Assembly (NCBI GenBank): GCA_002718595.1
Contig: PBFD01000002.1
Location: 244,770-308,769 of the forward strand
Length of the DNA: 64,000 nt
Direction of reading: 5' to 3'
Source: Gemmatimonadota bacterium
GTDB lineage: Bacteria; Gemmatimonadota; Gemmatimonadetes; Longimicrobiales; Gaopeijiaceae
Positions 9,573-19,841 of this stretch are shown here, piece by piece (the stretch's first letter is position 1; each line of letters begins with the position of its first letter). Made by a program: the position numbers and the translations under genes. The notes under the pieces were generated by a model. It saw only the letters and a program-made list of their open reading frames with translations. It was not told where the DNA came from and searched no databases.

Positions 9573-10312
9573 TGCACTTGGATTTGTTTCTGACGGTGAC
9601 AGAGGATTTTAAACTTGACGTCACAGATCAATCAGTAGTGATTATCGATGTGTTAAGAACAGGTAGCTCAATTGTTCAAGCCATGGCAAATGGGGCTCAA
9701 GAGATTTATCCCCGTGTTTCAACAGAAGAGGCCATCAAACTTGCCTCATCCCTGGGACGTGAAGACTCAATGTTATGTGGCACTTCTGGGTATACGATGA
9801 CTGAAGGTTTTGATCTAGGTAATTCTCCTGCTGAATTTGTCCCAGAGAAAGTAGATGGAAAACGGCTGGTAATGAGCACCACCAATGGAATGCGTGTTTT
9901 CGATTTGGTTGATGATTCGCCTAGTGTTTTGGTTTGTTCTTTCATGAATGTCAAGGCTGTTGCAAAAGCAGTCTCAGGGGAAAATTCTCTTGCGGTCGTG
10001 TGTGTGGGTGCAGAAGGAGATGTCTCTCTGGAAGACACGGTCTGTGCAGGGCTGTTTATTGAGTGTGTCCACCAACAAAATGGTGCCGATATCGAGCTCA
10101 ATGATGCAGGAAGGTTAGCGAAAAGTGTGAGAGAACATTTCAAGGTCGACAAGGAATTCCTTGCGGGAACAGAGAGGGGAGGAAAACTTAGAGAGGGAGG
10201 ATTTGAGATGGACTTAGATCTTTGTTCTCAGGTTGATATCTATTCTGTAGTTCCAGAAATGAAGGAAAGCGTCGTGAGGTTAATGCAGAAGGACACGAAT
10301 GGACCGCACTAA
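9572..10312 (+). CDS. 2-phosphosulfolactate phosphatase (ComB) family protein
   Basis: VVIIDVLRTGSSIVQAMANGA, GFDLGNSPAEF and MSTTNGMRVF match the ComB family signature from memory. The start overlaps the accC stop by 1 nt. Confidence 0.75.
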   Translation: MHLDLFLTVTEDFKLDVTDQSVVIIDVLRTGSSIVQAMANGAQEIYPRVSTEEAIKLASSLGREDSMLCGTSGYTMTEGFDLGNSPAEFVPEKVDGKRLVMSTTNGMRVFDLVDDSPSVLVCSFMNVKAVAKAVSGENSLAVVCVGAEGDVSLEDTVCAGLFIECVHQQNGADIELNDAGRLAKSVREHFKVDKEFLAGTERGGKLREGGFEMDLDLCSQVDIYSVVPEMKESVVRLMQKDTNGPH

Positions 10313-12686
10313 AGGTAAGTCGGGTAAGAGTGATAAGCCCAAATCCAAGCCTTTGTTGCCCAAAAAAGAAAAACAACTTTTACAAGCACTGACATTATTT
10401 TCCCTTTCTGTGTTCTTGTTGGGCTCTATGATCCCTGTTTCTGAAGAGAGATTTCCATCGGGCAACCTGATGGGAGAGCTAGGCTTGCAGACCGCAAGCT
10501 TTTTGATATCGGTGTTTGGTGCGAGCGCAATATTTCTTTCTCCTTTGCTTTTAACGCTAGCTCTTTATGTCAAAGGATGGGTGCCCAACAATTTCAAAAA
10601 GCAGGTACCTAACAGTCTCAGAAAGAAAAAATGGATTCGATTATGGATTGGACTTCTAATATTTGGGCCCATTCTTTTGAGGACTTTGCCTCAGACGAGA
10701 GGTATAGCTGCAGACTGGGGACACTGGGGAGAATTGGTCGGTTCAGTGCTTGAAAGATATCTGGGAATCTTTGATGCAGTATTCATGATTCTGCTAATGG
10801 TCGCATTTTTTATTTATACCATAGGATGGAATCCAATACAGGACGTCGTCAGAGTATTTGAGTTGATCTTTCGGATTATCCGACAACTAGTTTCCCTATT
10901 GGCGTCCAATAGTTTATTAAAGAAAAAGAAGTCGGCTGGCGAGCTTGAAGATACTATCCCTTTAGAGATACTAGACGGCCATACCCACGATGACGATTGG
11001 ATTGAAGATGCAGTTGAAACGTCCGAAGATGAAAATGAACAGGGTGTTGGCGTAGAAAAGTATGAAGCCACTCTGTCGGAAGAGGTTGAACTTCCCGATG
11101 ACGAAGATGATCAAACGGTTATGGATCTGGGTGAGGGCAGTTTCGAAGACCTAATGCAATCTTTCGAAGTTTCTGATCGAGAGGATCGTGAAGCTTTGGA
11201 AGCCACAATGGATAGATTGGGTCACAAGCTAATAGCCACATTGGCTTCTTTTGACATTAGAGCTACGTATGACGCCAAAACTGTAGGTCCATCAGTGACC
11301 CAGTTTGAAGTCATACCACACGAAGGGGTCAAGGTCTCAAAGATTCAAAATCTTGACGCCGATTTAGCTTTGGCGATGAAGGCGGAAAGTATAAGGATAA
11401 TTGCTCCAATACCGGGGAAGGGTGCTGTTGGAGTAGAAATACCCAATCCGAAACCAGAGTTCGTAATGCTCGGCGACATACTGCAGTCTCCAGAGTACAG
11501 AGACCGTTCTAAGACGACGTTACCCATGGCTCTTGGAAACGATCTCGAGGGTGAGCCATATATCGCAGATCTTGCCAAGATGCCTCATATCTTGATAGCG
11601 GGGGCAACTGGAACTGGTAAGTCAGTGTGCTTGAATGCGATTATAACCAGTCTGATCTGTCGCCACGGCCAGGACAAATTAGATCTACTCATGGTGGATC
11701 CCAAGATGGTGGAACTTTCCGCTTACAAGCAACTTCCTCATCTTCGTAAGAGTGTAGTGACTGACCCCACCAAAGCTGCCATCACATTGAAATGGGCAGT
11801 GAGAGAGATGGAACGCCGATATAAGTTGCTGAGCTTAAATGGAGTCAGATCCATTGGTGAGTTCAATAACCGGTTGGAGGAAGACCTTACAGAACTGCAA
11901 GGCTATGATTCCGAGGGAGAGATAGTGCCTTATAGCCTTAGTAAGGATCAAGGTAGGACCTTGAGGTATGTAGTGGTAGTCATTGATGAATTGGCCGATC
12001 TCATGATGACTGTTAAAGCTGATATAGAGAAACCGCTTATTACACTTGCACAAAAAGCTAGAGCAATAGGCATTCATCTGATTGTTGCTACACAACGACC
12101 GAGTGTAAACGTGATAACAGGTTTAATAAAGGCTAATTTCCCATCTAGAATTGCCTTCAGAGTGGCTTCTAAGGTGGATTCTAGAACTATTCTGGACCAA
12201 AACGGAGCTGAAACGTTGTTAGGTAATGGTGACATGCTTTTCCTTCCCCCTGGCGCTAATGAATCCATCCGAATTCAGGGAGCCTATGTCTCTACGGAGG
12301 AGACTGACAAAATGATGAAGTGGTATGTGAAACAAAGGGACCAAGGGAATCCATTGATGGTTAGGCCTGAAGGTGAAGAGGATATTTTTGATGAACAACA
12401 TAGGTATGAAGTTGAAGAAGCCGTAGGTGCGAATAATTTGCCAAGTGAGGATTCGGACTGTGATGAGTTCTTCAGAGCTGCTGCGGAAGTTTGTATTCAA
12501 CAAGATCAAGGATCCACTTCATTACTGCAACGCAGGCTGAAAATCGGTTACGGAAGAGCAGCGAGGATTGTTGACCAGCTCTACGACAATGGAATTCTCG
12601 GTCCACCAGAAGGATCCAAAGGAAGAGAGGTTCTTGTTGATGTTGTGGGGCTGGACCTTATTTGTGATGAGCTGGGTATTCAATAA
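10299..12686 (+). CDS. ftsK: DNA translocase FtsK/SpoIIIE
   Basis: N-terminal TM helices and an acidic linker. The motor domain carries Walker A GATGTGKSV and Walker B VVVIDELADL. C-terminal gamma winged-helix (STSLLQRRLKIGYGRAARIVD). Confidence 0.9.
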   Translation: MDRTKGKSGKSDKPKSKPLLPKKEKQLLQALTLFSLSVFLLGSMIPVSEERFPSGNLMGELGLQTASFLISVFGASAIFLSPLLLTLALYVKGWVPNNFKKQVPNSLRKKKWIRLWIGLLIFGPILLRTLPQTRGIAADWGHWGELVGSVLERYLGIFDAVFMILLMVAFFIYTIGWNPIQDVVRVFELIFRIIRQLVSLLASNSLLKKKKSAGELEDTIPLEILDGHTHDDDWIEDAVETSEDENEQGVGVEKYEATLSEEVELPDDEDDQTVMDLGEGSFEDLMQSFEVSDREDREALEATMDRLGHKLIATLASFDIRATYDAKTVGPSVTQFEVIPHEGVKVSKIQNLDADLALAMKAESIRIIAPIPGKGAVGVEIPNPKPEFVMLGDILQSPEYRDRSKTTLPMALGNDLEGEPYIADLAKMPHILIAGATGTGKSVCLNAIITSLICRHGQDKLDLLMVDPKMVELSAYKQLPHLRKSVVTDPTKAAITLKWAVREMERRYKLLSLNGVRSIGEFNNRLEEDLTELQGYDSEGEIVPYSLSKDQGRTLRYVVVVIDELADLMMTVKADIEKPLITLAQKARAIGIHLIVATQRPSVNVITGLIKANFPSRIAFRVASKVDSRTILDQNGAETLLGNGDMLFLPPGANESIRIQGAYVSTEETDKMMKWYVKQRDQGNPLMVRPEGEEDIFDEQHRYEVEEAVGANNLPSEDSDCDEFFRAAAEVCIQQDQGSTSLLQRRLKIGYGRAARIVDQLYDNGILGPPEGSKGREVLVDVVGLDLICDELGIQ

Positions 12687-12722
12687 TGAGTATTCAAATG
12701 TGCTATCTCAAATACAGTAGAC

Positions 12723-13397
12723 TTGGCTAGGGAGATCATGACTAAAATGAGGCATTGGATTGTCTGGTTGATACTTTCCCAGGTCTCAGCTACGCCGGTA
12801 AAAGCTCAGGATATTCAAGCTTATGATGTTCTTGCTGGGGCCAGTTTAAATTACTCTAATGTCGATAATTTCTGTGCTCAATTTCACCAGATTATTGAGG
12901 TTACTCTGCTCAATCAGGCTCGATCTGGTCATGGTAGAATGTGCCAACGACAGCCTGATGAATTTGCAATGCGCTTCAGTGAACCAGCAGGGGATTTAGT
13001 AGTCGTAGACGGAGAATCCGTTTGGACATTCTATCCGAGTATGGATAAACAACAAGTTTTAAAATTTTCAGGTTTGAATTCGGATGGACGTTTTAATTTT
13101 TACAAGAATCTTCTGACAAATCCAAGGGATCGATTCAGAGCATTTCATCAAGGTATCGAAGCCATTGATAGTAATAGAGCGCACAAAATCCTCATGGAAC
13201 CCAAGGAAGATCAAGGATTTCGGTTTGCCGTAGTGTGGATAGATATAGAGAGTGAATTAATAATCAAAATCGAGGTGCACGACTCTAACGAATCCATAAG
13301 GACAATCATGCTTACGGATATTCAGCTAGATGCAGAAATTGCAGATGACGAGTTTCGGTTTATACCTCCAGCAGGTGCCAGGGTCATCATAAGATGA
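12723..13397 (+). CDS. LolA-like outer-membrane lipoprotein carrier protein
   Basis: Signal peptide, then FHQ...GRMCQRQPDEFAMRF...LVVVDGESVWTFYPSMDKQQV, typical of the LolA fold family. Its position right after ftsK mirrors the E. coli ftsK-lolA synteny. The start is uncertain (TTG at 12723 or an internal ATG). Confidence 0.65.
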   Translation: MAREIMTKMRHWIVWLILSQVSATPVKAQDIQAYDVLAGASLNYSNVDNFCAQFHQIIEVTLLNQARSGHGRMCQRQPDEFAMRFSEPAGDLVVVDGESVWTFYPSMDKQQVLKFSGLNSDGRFNFYKNLLTNPRDRFRAFHQGIEAIDSNRAHKILMEPKEDQGFRFAVVWIDIESELIIKIEVHDSNESIRTIMLTDIQLDAEIADDEFRFIPPAGARVIIR

Positions 13398-14869
13398 GTA
13401 CCAGAGATCTCCCTGTCTTTCCACTAGTTGCAGATCCTGTGCGCCCTGAAGTTCTGCGTGATACTCCAGCAGTGAATGTTTCCGTAGGTCCGATGGGCCC
13501 TGAACAGGGGCCCAAGGTTGGATTAATAACTTTGGGCTGTGACAAAAATACTGTCGATTCAGAAAAGATTCTGGCTACTTTAGTAGTCAACGGTGCCAGG
13601 GTTTCTTCTGAGATAGAAGGGTCCGATGTTGTTCTGGTGAATACGTGTGGTTTTATTCAGGCTGCCAAGGAGCAGTCCCTCGAGACTATTTTACAAGCTG
13701 CTGATTTAAGAGAAACAGGAGCTGTAAAGGCACTGGTAGTTGTGGGTTGTATGGTAGAACGTTATAAGACCGAGTTAAAGAAAGAAATTCCGGAGGTTGA
13801 CCTTTTCCTTGGGTTAACCGAGATGGGGTCTTTAATCCCAGAACTTCGTGGTATGGGTCTTTTGACAGAAGAGGTAGCACAAATACCCACTATGGAGCGT
13901 CCCCTCAGGGTATTGGAGAATGAGACTTCTCACACCTCCTTTCTTAAGATCAGTGAAGGATGCGACCACACTTGTGCATTTTGTGCGATTCCAAGCTTTA
14001 GAGGATTACACAGATCTGCACCTCTAATCGAATTGGTTGCGGAGGCACAAGCTCTTTCCCGTCAGGGAGTAAGGGAGATCAACATTATCTCCCAGGACAC
14101 AACTTGGTACGGCAGAGATTTAAAAAGAAAAGATTCCAAATCTCCTCTCCTTCCGGACTTACTGAGCGCCCTAGTGCATGATACAGATATACCATGGTTC
14201 CGATTGTTTTATATGTATCCGTCCGGCATCACTCAGGAAATTGTAGATTTGATCGGAAGTAACAATTCCATTCTTCCCTACCTAGATATGCCAATTCAAC
14301 ATGGAAGTGATAAAATTCTGAGATCTATGCGCCGACCAGAAAATCAGAAGATCATTAGGGAGAGGGTGGGATGGCTAAGGGAATCGGTACCTGATTTGAC
14401 TTTAAGAACTACGGTGATCGTTGGCTTTCCAGGTGAAACAGAAGATGACTTCAAGAGAATGATGGATTTTCTTGAAGAAATAGCTTTTGAAAGAGTAGGT
14501 GGCTTTATCTATTCCCTGGAAGATGGCACGGCTGCGGCAGAGATGTCTGGAAGAGTCCCTGAGACGTTAATGAGAGAGCGTTTAGAACAAGTCATGGATC
14601 TTCAAAGAGATATATCATTTCAGAAAAATTCTGCTCTGGTCGGTTCAAGAATGGAGGCATTGGTAGACGAAACTCATGCTGATTCGCCTTACTTTCAAGA
14701 GATTAGTCCTAATGGTGTGTTTGGTATTGCTAGAACCAAAGGACAGGCTGTTGACGTAGATGGAGTGACACATCTCCATCCAACAGATGAACTCAAGTCG
14801 GGAGAATTAGTTACTATAGAGATTCAAGAATCAGAGGACTACGATTTAATAGGTAAGGTAGTGGTATGA
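13394..14869 (+). CDS. rimO: Ribosomal protein S12 methylthiotransferase RimO
   Basis: UPF0004 domain (GLITLGCDKNTVDSE), radical-SAM CDHTCAFC cluster motif and a C-terminal TRAM-like domain. An ATGA overlap with the lolA-like stop suggests coupling. That start gives an unusual extension of about 35 aa; the alternative start is the ATG at 13493. Confidence 0.85.
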   Translation: MSTRDLPVFPLVADPVRPEVLRDTPAVNVSVGPMGPEQGPKVGLITLGCDKNTVDSEKILATLVVNGARVSSEIEGSDVVLVNTCGFIQAAKEQSLETILQAADLRETGAVKALVVVGCMVERYKTELKKEIPEVDLFLGLTEMGSLIPELRGMGLLTEEVAQIPTMERPLRVLENETSHTSFLKISEGCDHTCAFCAIPSFRGLHRSAPLIELVAEAQALSRQGVREINIISQDTTWYGRDLKRKDSKSPLLPDLLSALVHDTDIPWFRLFYMYPSGITQEIVDLIGSNNSILPYLDMPIQHGSDKILRSMRRPENQKIIRERVGWLRESVPDLTLRTTVIVGFPGETEDDFKRMMDFLEEIAFERVGGFIYSLEDGTAAAEMSGRVPETLMRERLEQVMDLQRDISFQKNSALVGSRMEALVDETHADSPYFQEISPNGVFGIARTKGQAVDVDGVTHLHPTDELKSGELVTIEIQESEDYDLIGKVVV

Positions 14870-16152
14870 CTGCATCAGAATTTGATACGACGTGGAAACG
14901 AGCTCAGCAATTGATTCCAGGAGGAGTAAATTCTCCGGTGAGATCCTTTCGCTCGGTGGGAGGGAAGCCTTTTTTTGTAGATCGTGGTCAGGGACCATTT
15001 CTCTTTGATACAGAAGGACGACGCTACATCGACTATGTCTTGAGTTGGGGAGCTTTGATCCTAGGTCATGCACACCCCGTTGTCATGGAAGCCTTAAATC
15101 GACAAATCCTACTGGGAACGTCATATGGGACTCCTACCCCTGGGGAAGTGGAACTAGCAGAAAGGTTGACCGAGATGGTTCCCAGTGTTGATATGGTTCG
15201 CCTGGTCAATAGTGGAACAGAGGCAACGATGAGCGCCCTTCGTTTAGCCAGGGCCGTAACTGGCAGAGAATATGTATTGAAATTTTCTGGAGGATATCAC
15301 GGACACAGTGATAGTTTTCTCGTTTCCTCGGGAAGTGGGGTTGCAACCTTAAGTCTTCCAGATTCTCCAGGAGTTCCTGCGTCTACCGCTTCGCTTACAC
15401 TGGTTCTTCCCTTTAATGATATTGATCTCTTAAGAGATCTTTTCAAGGAGAAGGGATCGCAGATTTCCAGTGTTTTTGTTGAACCAGTCCTGGGTAATTC
15501 TGGACTTATTCCGCCCGAAAAAGGCTACTTAGAAGAATTAAGAAGTTTGACGAGTCAATATGGTAGCCTTCTGATTTTTGACGAAGTGATGACAGGGTTC
15601 CGAGTTGCAAGCGGTGGAGCGGAAGAAAAATTTGGAGTGAAGCCCGATCTCGTTACCCTCGGTAAAGTGATCGGTGGAGGTTTGCCTGTAGGTGCTTTTG
15701 GGGGGTCTAGGGAAATAATGAGCAAAGTTGCTCCAGCGGGAGACGTTTATCAGGCGGGAACGCTATCAGGGAATCCACTTGCTACAGCTGCTGGAAACGC
15801 TCAGTTACGGTTTCTGCAAGAAAATGATCCTTTTTCAGAACTCGAGGGATCGGCCAATCAGTTATCGTCTGGAATAGTCAAGATCCTAAGGAATGGAGGC
15901 ATTTCTGCTTGTGGGAGTTCAGTGGGGTCGATGTGGGGGATCTTCTTTAGTGATTCTCCGGTCACATCATTTGAAGAAGCTAAGGCTGCGAATATAGAAA
16001 ATTTCAAAAAATTCCATAAGGCTTGTCTGCGAAAGGGTGTATTTTTTGCTCCATCAGCATTTGAGGCCGGTTTTGTTTCGACTGAACATACAGAAGATGT
16101 GATAAATGAAACTCTAGAAATAGTCCAGTCAGTAGTTTCGAAGGGTTGGTGA
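14866..16152 (+). CDS. hemL: Glutamate-1-semialdehyde 2,1-aminomutase
   Basis: Contains GGVNSPVRSF, a class-III aminotransferase core, and LIFDEVMTGFRV...VTLGKVIGGGLP with the PLP lysine. ATGA overlap with rimO. Confidence 0.95.
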   Translation: MTASEFDTTWKRAQQLIPGGVNSPVRSFRSVGGKPFFVDRGQGPFLFDTEGRRYIDYVLSWGALILGHAHPVVMEALNRQILLGTSYGTPTPGEVELAERLTEMVPSVDMVRLVNSGTEATMSALRLARAVTGREYVLKFSGGYHGHSDSFLVSSGSGVATLSLPDSPGVPASTASLTLVLPFNDIDLLRDLFKEKGSQISSVFVEPVLGNSGLIPPEKGYLEELRSLTSQYGSLLIFDEVMTGFRVASGGAEEKFGVKPDLVTLGKVIGGGLPVGAFGGSREIMSKVAPAGDVYQAGTLSGNPLATAAGNAQLRFLQENDPFSELEGSANQLSSGIVKILRNGGISACGSSVGSMWGIFFSDSPVTSFEEAKAANIENFKKFHKACLRKGVFFAPSAFEAGFVSTEHTEDVINETLEIVQSVVSKGW

Positions 16153-16865
16153 TGAAAATCGGTAGAAGTTTTCAAAGTATTAATGATCCATGGATAAAAA
16201 TGGGATTCCAGTTGTTTTTCGTTTTACTTTTACCGATTGTCGCCACTGGCTCTTTGAAGGGTCAGGAATTAGCTGATTACGACTACGAAAAATTGGCGTT
16301 TAGGGGAATTTCAGTTGAATATGGGAATATTTTGTTCAAAACCTATGAGGAAACCGAAGTATATAGTGTGAAGTTGGATCTGGGCTTCTTGGGTCCTGGT
16401 GTTAGGATGGCCACTCGGGCGTCTTATTGGAGTTCTGAGATGGTTCCAGAAGAATTAGTAAGCTTTGAATCGAGCTTGAACACCATGATCTTGGCCCAAG
16501 GAGGGGTACTTCCTGGAAATGGTTTGGAAATAGGTTCTATAAAGCGAGATGATATGTCTGTAAGCGTTGAAGCAGACTACGTATGGAGAATTCCTTTGGG
16601 AATGTTGCTCTCCACAGGACTCGCCGCTTCGGCTCATCTGGTCAATGGGACTACGCAGATTCCTGATGATACTTTTCTCAATGGTTTGCTGGACTCTTTT
16701 ACGGCTGGTTTCAACGTTCACAGCGGGTTAGAGTATTTGGTGACGGATAGGATAAGATTGTATGGAGATTCACGAATAGGACTTGCAGGCAATGTTCGTT
16801 TCTTTCAATTCGGTGGAGGACTCACGATCTTGTGGGGCGAGTTACTTTCTGGGGAGTCCCGTTAA
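16152..16865 (+). CDS. Hypothetical secreted / outer-membrane-like protein
   Basis: Hydrophobic signal-like segment (MGFQLFFVLLLPIVATGSL), then a Gly/aromatic-rich sequence with alternating hydrophobicity. I recognise no motif. The start overlaps the hemL stop (TGATG); the alternative start is 16197. Confidence 0.45.
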   Translation: MKIGRSFQSINDPWIKMGFQLFFVLLLPIVATGSLKGQELADYDYEKLAFRGISVEYGNILFKTYEETEVYSVKLDLGFLGPGVRMATRASYWSSEMVPEELVSFESSLNTMILAQGGVLPGNGLEIGSIKRDDMSVSVEADYVWRIPLGMLLSTGLAASAHLVNGTTQIPDDTFLNGLLDSFTAGFNVHSGLEYLVTDRIRLYGDSRIGLAGNVRFFQFGGGLTILWGELLSGESR

Positions 16866-16893
16866 GGAATACCAGGAGTTGGCTAGAAAGGTG

Positions 16894-18189
16894 ATGTGTT
16901 TGCGTCTGATCAAATTGGTTGTCGCCATTCCAAGACTATTTTTCTTTGTAGTTCTTGCTTTTGCCTTAAAAATGGGTACAGGCTTGCTATCTGGCCAGGC
17001 AGCTCCGTTTGGGGAAGATCCACCACCATCAACTCTAGACGTATTTCTCCTCACTGTGGGTCCTGGAGATGCTATCTGGGAGCGGTTTGGTCACAATGCA
17101 CTAGTGTTTCATGACACTAGTGACGGGACGATGACAGCCTACAATTGGGGTATTTTTGATTTCAGACAACATGACTTTGTAATCCGACTGGCTAGGGGTA
17201 GGATGCGATATTCTATGAGAGGGTTTCCTGCTCTGGAATTGATAGAAAGTTATCGCTCCCAAGATCGATCAGTGTGGTCTCAGAGAGTAAATCTGACAGA
17301 TGATCAAAAACTAGAGTTAGTGTCTCTAGTGACAGCGATGGATACCGAAGATAACAGGTATTATAGATATGACTATTATCGAGATAACTGCTCGACTAGG
17401 ATTCGTGATGCTCTTGACCATGTCTTGGGAGGTCAGATCTCTAGGGCTACCAAGCAACAAGATGCTGGGAGTACATACAGGAGACATACTGCTAGGATAC
17501 TGGAGAATTCTATGCCAGCCTATCTGGGGATTCAGTTTGTAGTGGGAAATTTGGGGGACGCTCCTATTTCCATTTGGGATGAGATGTTTTTACCCCTGAG
17601 TATGAAGGAGCATATGCAGTCTATATCAAATCCAGATTTGGGTTTGTACGGGGCCAGGATCTTGGATCCACCGGAAGTTGTGGTTGAATCTTCGATTAAT
17701 GTACAAAGGGAAAATATAGATGAATTCCGGGCGAGATTTCTCTTAGTAGGTTTAGCCTTGGGTTTCGTGTTCCTTCTCTGTGGCTGGCGAGCTTCCACTG
17801 GACACGAAGGGGCAAGATGGTTTCTACATGGTCTTGGGTCCTTGTGGAGTGTGATTATAGGGACCCTGGGAACATTGCTTCTCATGTCTTGGTTTTTGAC
17901 TGACCACCTTTTCTGGAGCCTCAATGAAAATATTTTTCAAGCAAATCCAAGCTCCTTGTTCTTAGGAATTGTCTTGCTGGTGTCACTCCGATACCCGATG
18001 AGTCGAAGATCTAGGAGAATAGCAGGGGTGGTAGCTGCCGTATCAATTTTGGGTATGATAGCACAAGTTTTACCTGGATTTGATCAAGTCAATGGAGAAG
18101 TAATGGCTTTGACTCTACCTGCTCATTTAGGTCTTTACTTTGGGTTAGTGTGGAGCAAGGTATCACTACTCAGTGGAGCTGAATATTAA
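16894..18189 (+). CDS. DUF4105 / Lnb-N-terminal-domain membrane protein
   Basis: Signal/TM segment, then LLTVGPGDAIWERFGHNALVFHD...AYNWGIFDFRQHDF, which I recognise as the DUF4105 (PF13387) core. About 5 C-terminal TM helices follow. AGGAG lies 15 nt upstream of the ATG at 16894. The ORF-track start at 16783 would overlap the previous gene by 83 nt. Confidence 0.6.
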   Translation: MCLRLIKLVVAIPRLFFFVVLAFALKMGTGLLSGQAAPFGEDPPPSTLDVFLLTVGPGDAIWERFGHNALVFHDTSDGTMTAYNWGIFDFRQHDFVIRLARGRMRYSMRGFPALELIESYRSQDRSVWSQRVNLTDDQKLELVSLVTAMDTEDNRYYRYDYYRDNCSTRIRDALDHVLGGQISRATKQQDAGSTYRRHTARILENSMPAYLGIQFVVGNLGDAPISIWDEMFLPLSMKEHMQSISNPDLGLYGARILDPPEVVVESSINVQRENIDEFRARFLLVGLALGFVFLLCGWRASTGHEGARWFLHGLGSLWSVIIGTLGTLLLMSWFLTDHLFWSLNENIFQANPSSLFLGIVLLVSLRYPMSRRSRRIAGVVAAVSILGMIAQVLPGFDQVNGEVMALTLPAHLGLYFGLVWSKVSLLSGAEY

Positions 18190-19735
18190 GGGTAGAACAG
18201 CATTTGTGCTTTCAGCGTCGCTGCTATTTCTAGCCTTCCCCCCTTTTCATTTTTTGCTCCCATCTTTTGTAGCTCTGATTCCAGTAACTGCCTGGGTAAT
18301 TGAACGCGATAATTCTAAGGCAGGACGAATCCAATCGTGTTGGGGAGGGATGATCTTTGGAGTCTTATATTGGGGATTGATTCTCCATTGGATTCCAATC
18401 ACTCTCTGGGAAACCTCTGTATGGAGTGTGCCTGCGTATGTGACATTGGTGTTGATTTTGGCACTTCCGAAGGCCATTTTCGCTTGGATACTCCACTTTT
18501 TAGTTCATGAGGCTAGAATTTCTATCCCTTTAGCTCTAGCTCTTTCTTGGACGGGCCTAGACTGGCTACTAGGTAACCTTCCAGGGGTGTTCTCTTTCCC
18601 CTGGCTGGAGTTGGGCACTTCCCTTACTGGTTATCCAAAAATTGTTGGATCAGCAGAATTAATTGGGGCAAGAGGGATTACGTTCTGGATAGCATTAATT
18701 AATGGACTTTTACTTGAACTAATTATTCTTCTTAGATATCGATTCGATTCCTACAGGCTGGCAGTGAAAGCAATTACTATCATTCTACTTTTTGCGCTAC
18801 CCGTGGCATGGGGTCTCATCAGATCAGAGTCTTTGACAGTGCTACCAGTCGGTGAAGTGGCAGTAATTCAACCTAATGTTACTGGAAAAACTGATATGAA
18901 TAATACAGACATAGCTGAGGCTACATTCTTAGCTCTGGAGAAATTGAAGGTCAATCAGATGGGTAGTGCATCTGATCTAACAGTTTTGCCAGAAGCCACA
19001 TTTTGGAATCGAATCGAATCCAATCCAATGATCCAGGAAAGATTAGTGGAGACATTCTCCAATTGGTCGAGTCCGATTTTGTTTGGTGGCATTGGTGTCA
19101 CAGAACATAGCCCGGGGTCGATCGACTACAATTCTGCCTTTCTGTTGGATTCAAAGGGAGTTTTGACGGATTTTAGATATGACAAACACTATCTTGTTCC
19201 TTGGTTCGAAACGATGCCATTATCCACCTTCCAATGGAGAACGAAGGATCGAAATTTCAGTGAATATGGAAAGGGAGAAGATCTTGTGATTGGAGAATTT
19301 GCTGATGACATGAAGTTTGGAGTACTGATCTGCTATGAATCTATTTTTCCTAAGCATTCACGACTTCTTCGAAAAGAAGGAGCTGATATTCTAGTTAATA
19401 TTACTAATGACTCATGGTTACAGTCAGGATGGAATGGAGTTCCCTATCGAACTTTGGCATTCTGGCAGCATCCTGCACATTTAATCATGAGAGCTATAGA
19501 AAACCGTGTTGGCATAGTTCGTTCGGCCAATACTGGCTTTTCATTTTTTGTCGATCCACTAGGACAAACTTATGGAAGGTTGGAATCTTCTCAGGCTATG
19601 GTAGATAGTAGGTTGGTTTATACCACCCCGGAGCTCACACTCTATGCACGACTAGGAGACTTTGTTGGTCTGGGCAGTTTCTTGGGGCTAATTTTCTTTG
19701 CACTGAATATTCGTTTTCGCCTCCAGGGCGCTTGA
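18173..19735 (+). CDS. lnt: Apolipoprotein N-acyltransferase
   Basis: Multi-TM N-terminal half plus a CN-hydrolase domain with E/K/C triad contexts LPEATF, DKHYLVPWFE and VLICYESIF, and a final TM. The GTG start lies 17 nt inside the preceding ORF. Confidence 0.85.
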   Translation: MELNIKGRTAFVLSASLLFLAFPPFHFLLPSFVALIPVTAWVIERDNSKAGRIQSCWGGMIFGVLYWGLILHWIPITLWETSVWSVPAYVTLVLILALPKAIFAWILHFLVHEARISIPLALALSWTGLDWLLGNLPGVFSFPWLELGTSLTGYPKIVGSAELIGARGITFWIALINGLLLELIILLRYRFDSYRLAVKAITIILLFALPVAWGLIRSESLTVLPVGEVAVIQPNVTGKTDMNNTDIAEATFLALEKLKVNQMGSASDLTVLPEATFWNRIESNPMIQERLVETFSNWSSPILFGGIGVTEHSPGSIDYNSAFLLDSKGVLTDFRYDKHYLVPWFETMPLSTFQWRTKDRNFSEYGKGEDLVIGEFADDMKFGVLICYESIFPKHSRLLRKEGADILVNITNDSWLQSGWNGVPYRTLAFWQHPAHLIMRAIENRVGIVRSANTGFSFFVDPLGQTYGRLESSQAMVDSRLVYTTPELTLYARLGDFVGLGSFLGLIFFALNIRFRLQGA

Positions 19736-19841
19736 ACTCGTAACTGTCGCAGTCTATTATTATTGGTAACTAAGGATGCCTGGTGCTGGTTAGATAAAGC
19801 CGACTGGTATGTTCTTGTTTGCTTTAAATCGGAGTAGGATT

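Noticed and set aside
16783-16893. ORF-track N-terminal extension of the DUF4105 protein, overlapping the previous gene by 83 nt.
   Set aside because: The extension has no signal or TM character. The ATG at 16894 has an AGGAG upstream and is followed at once by a hydrophobic signal-like segment.
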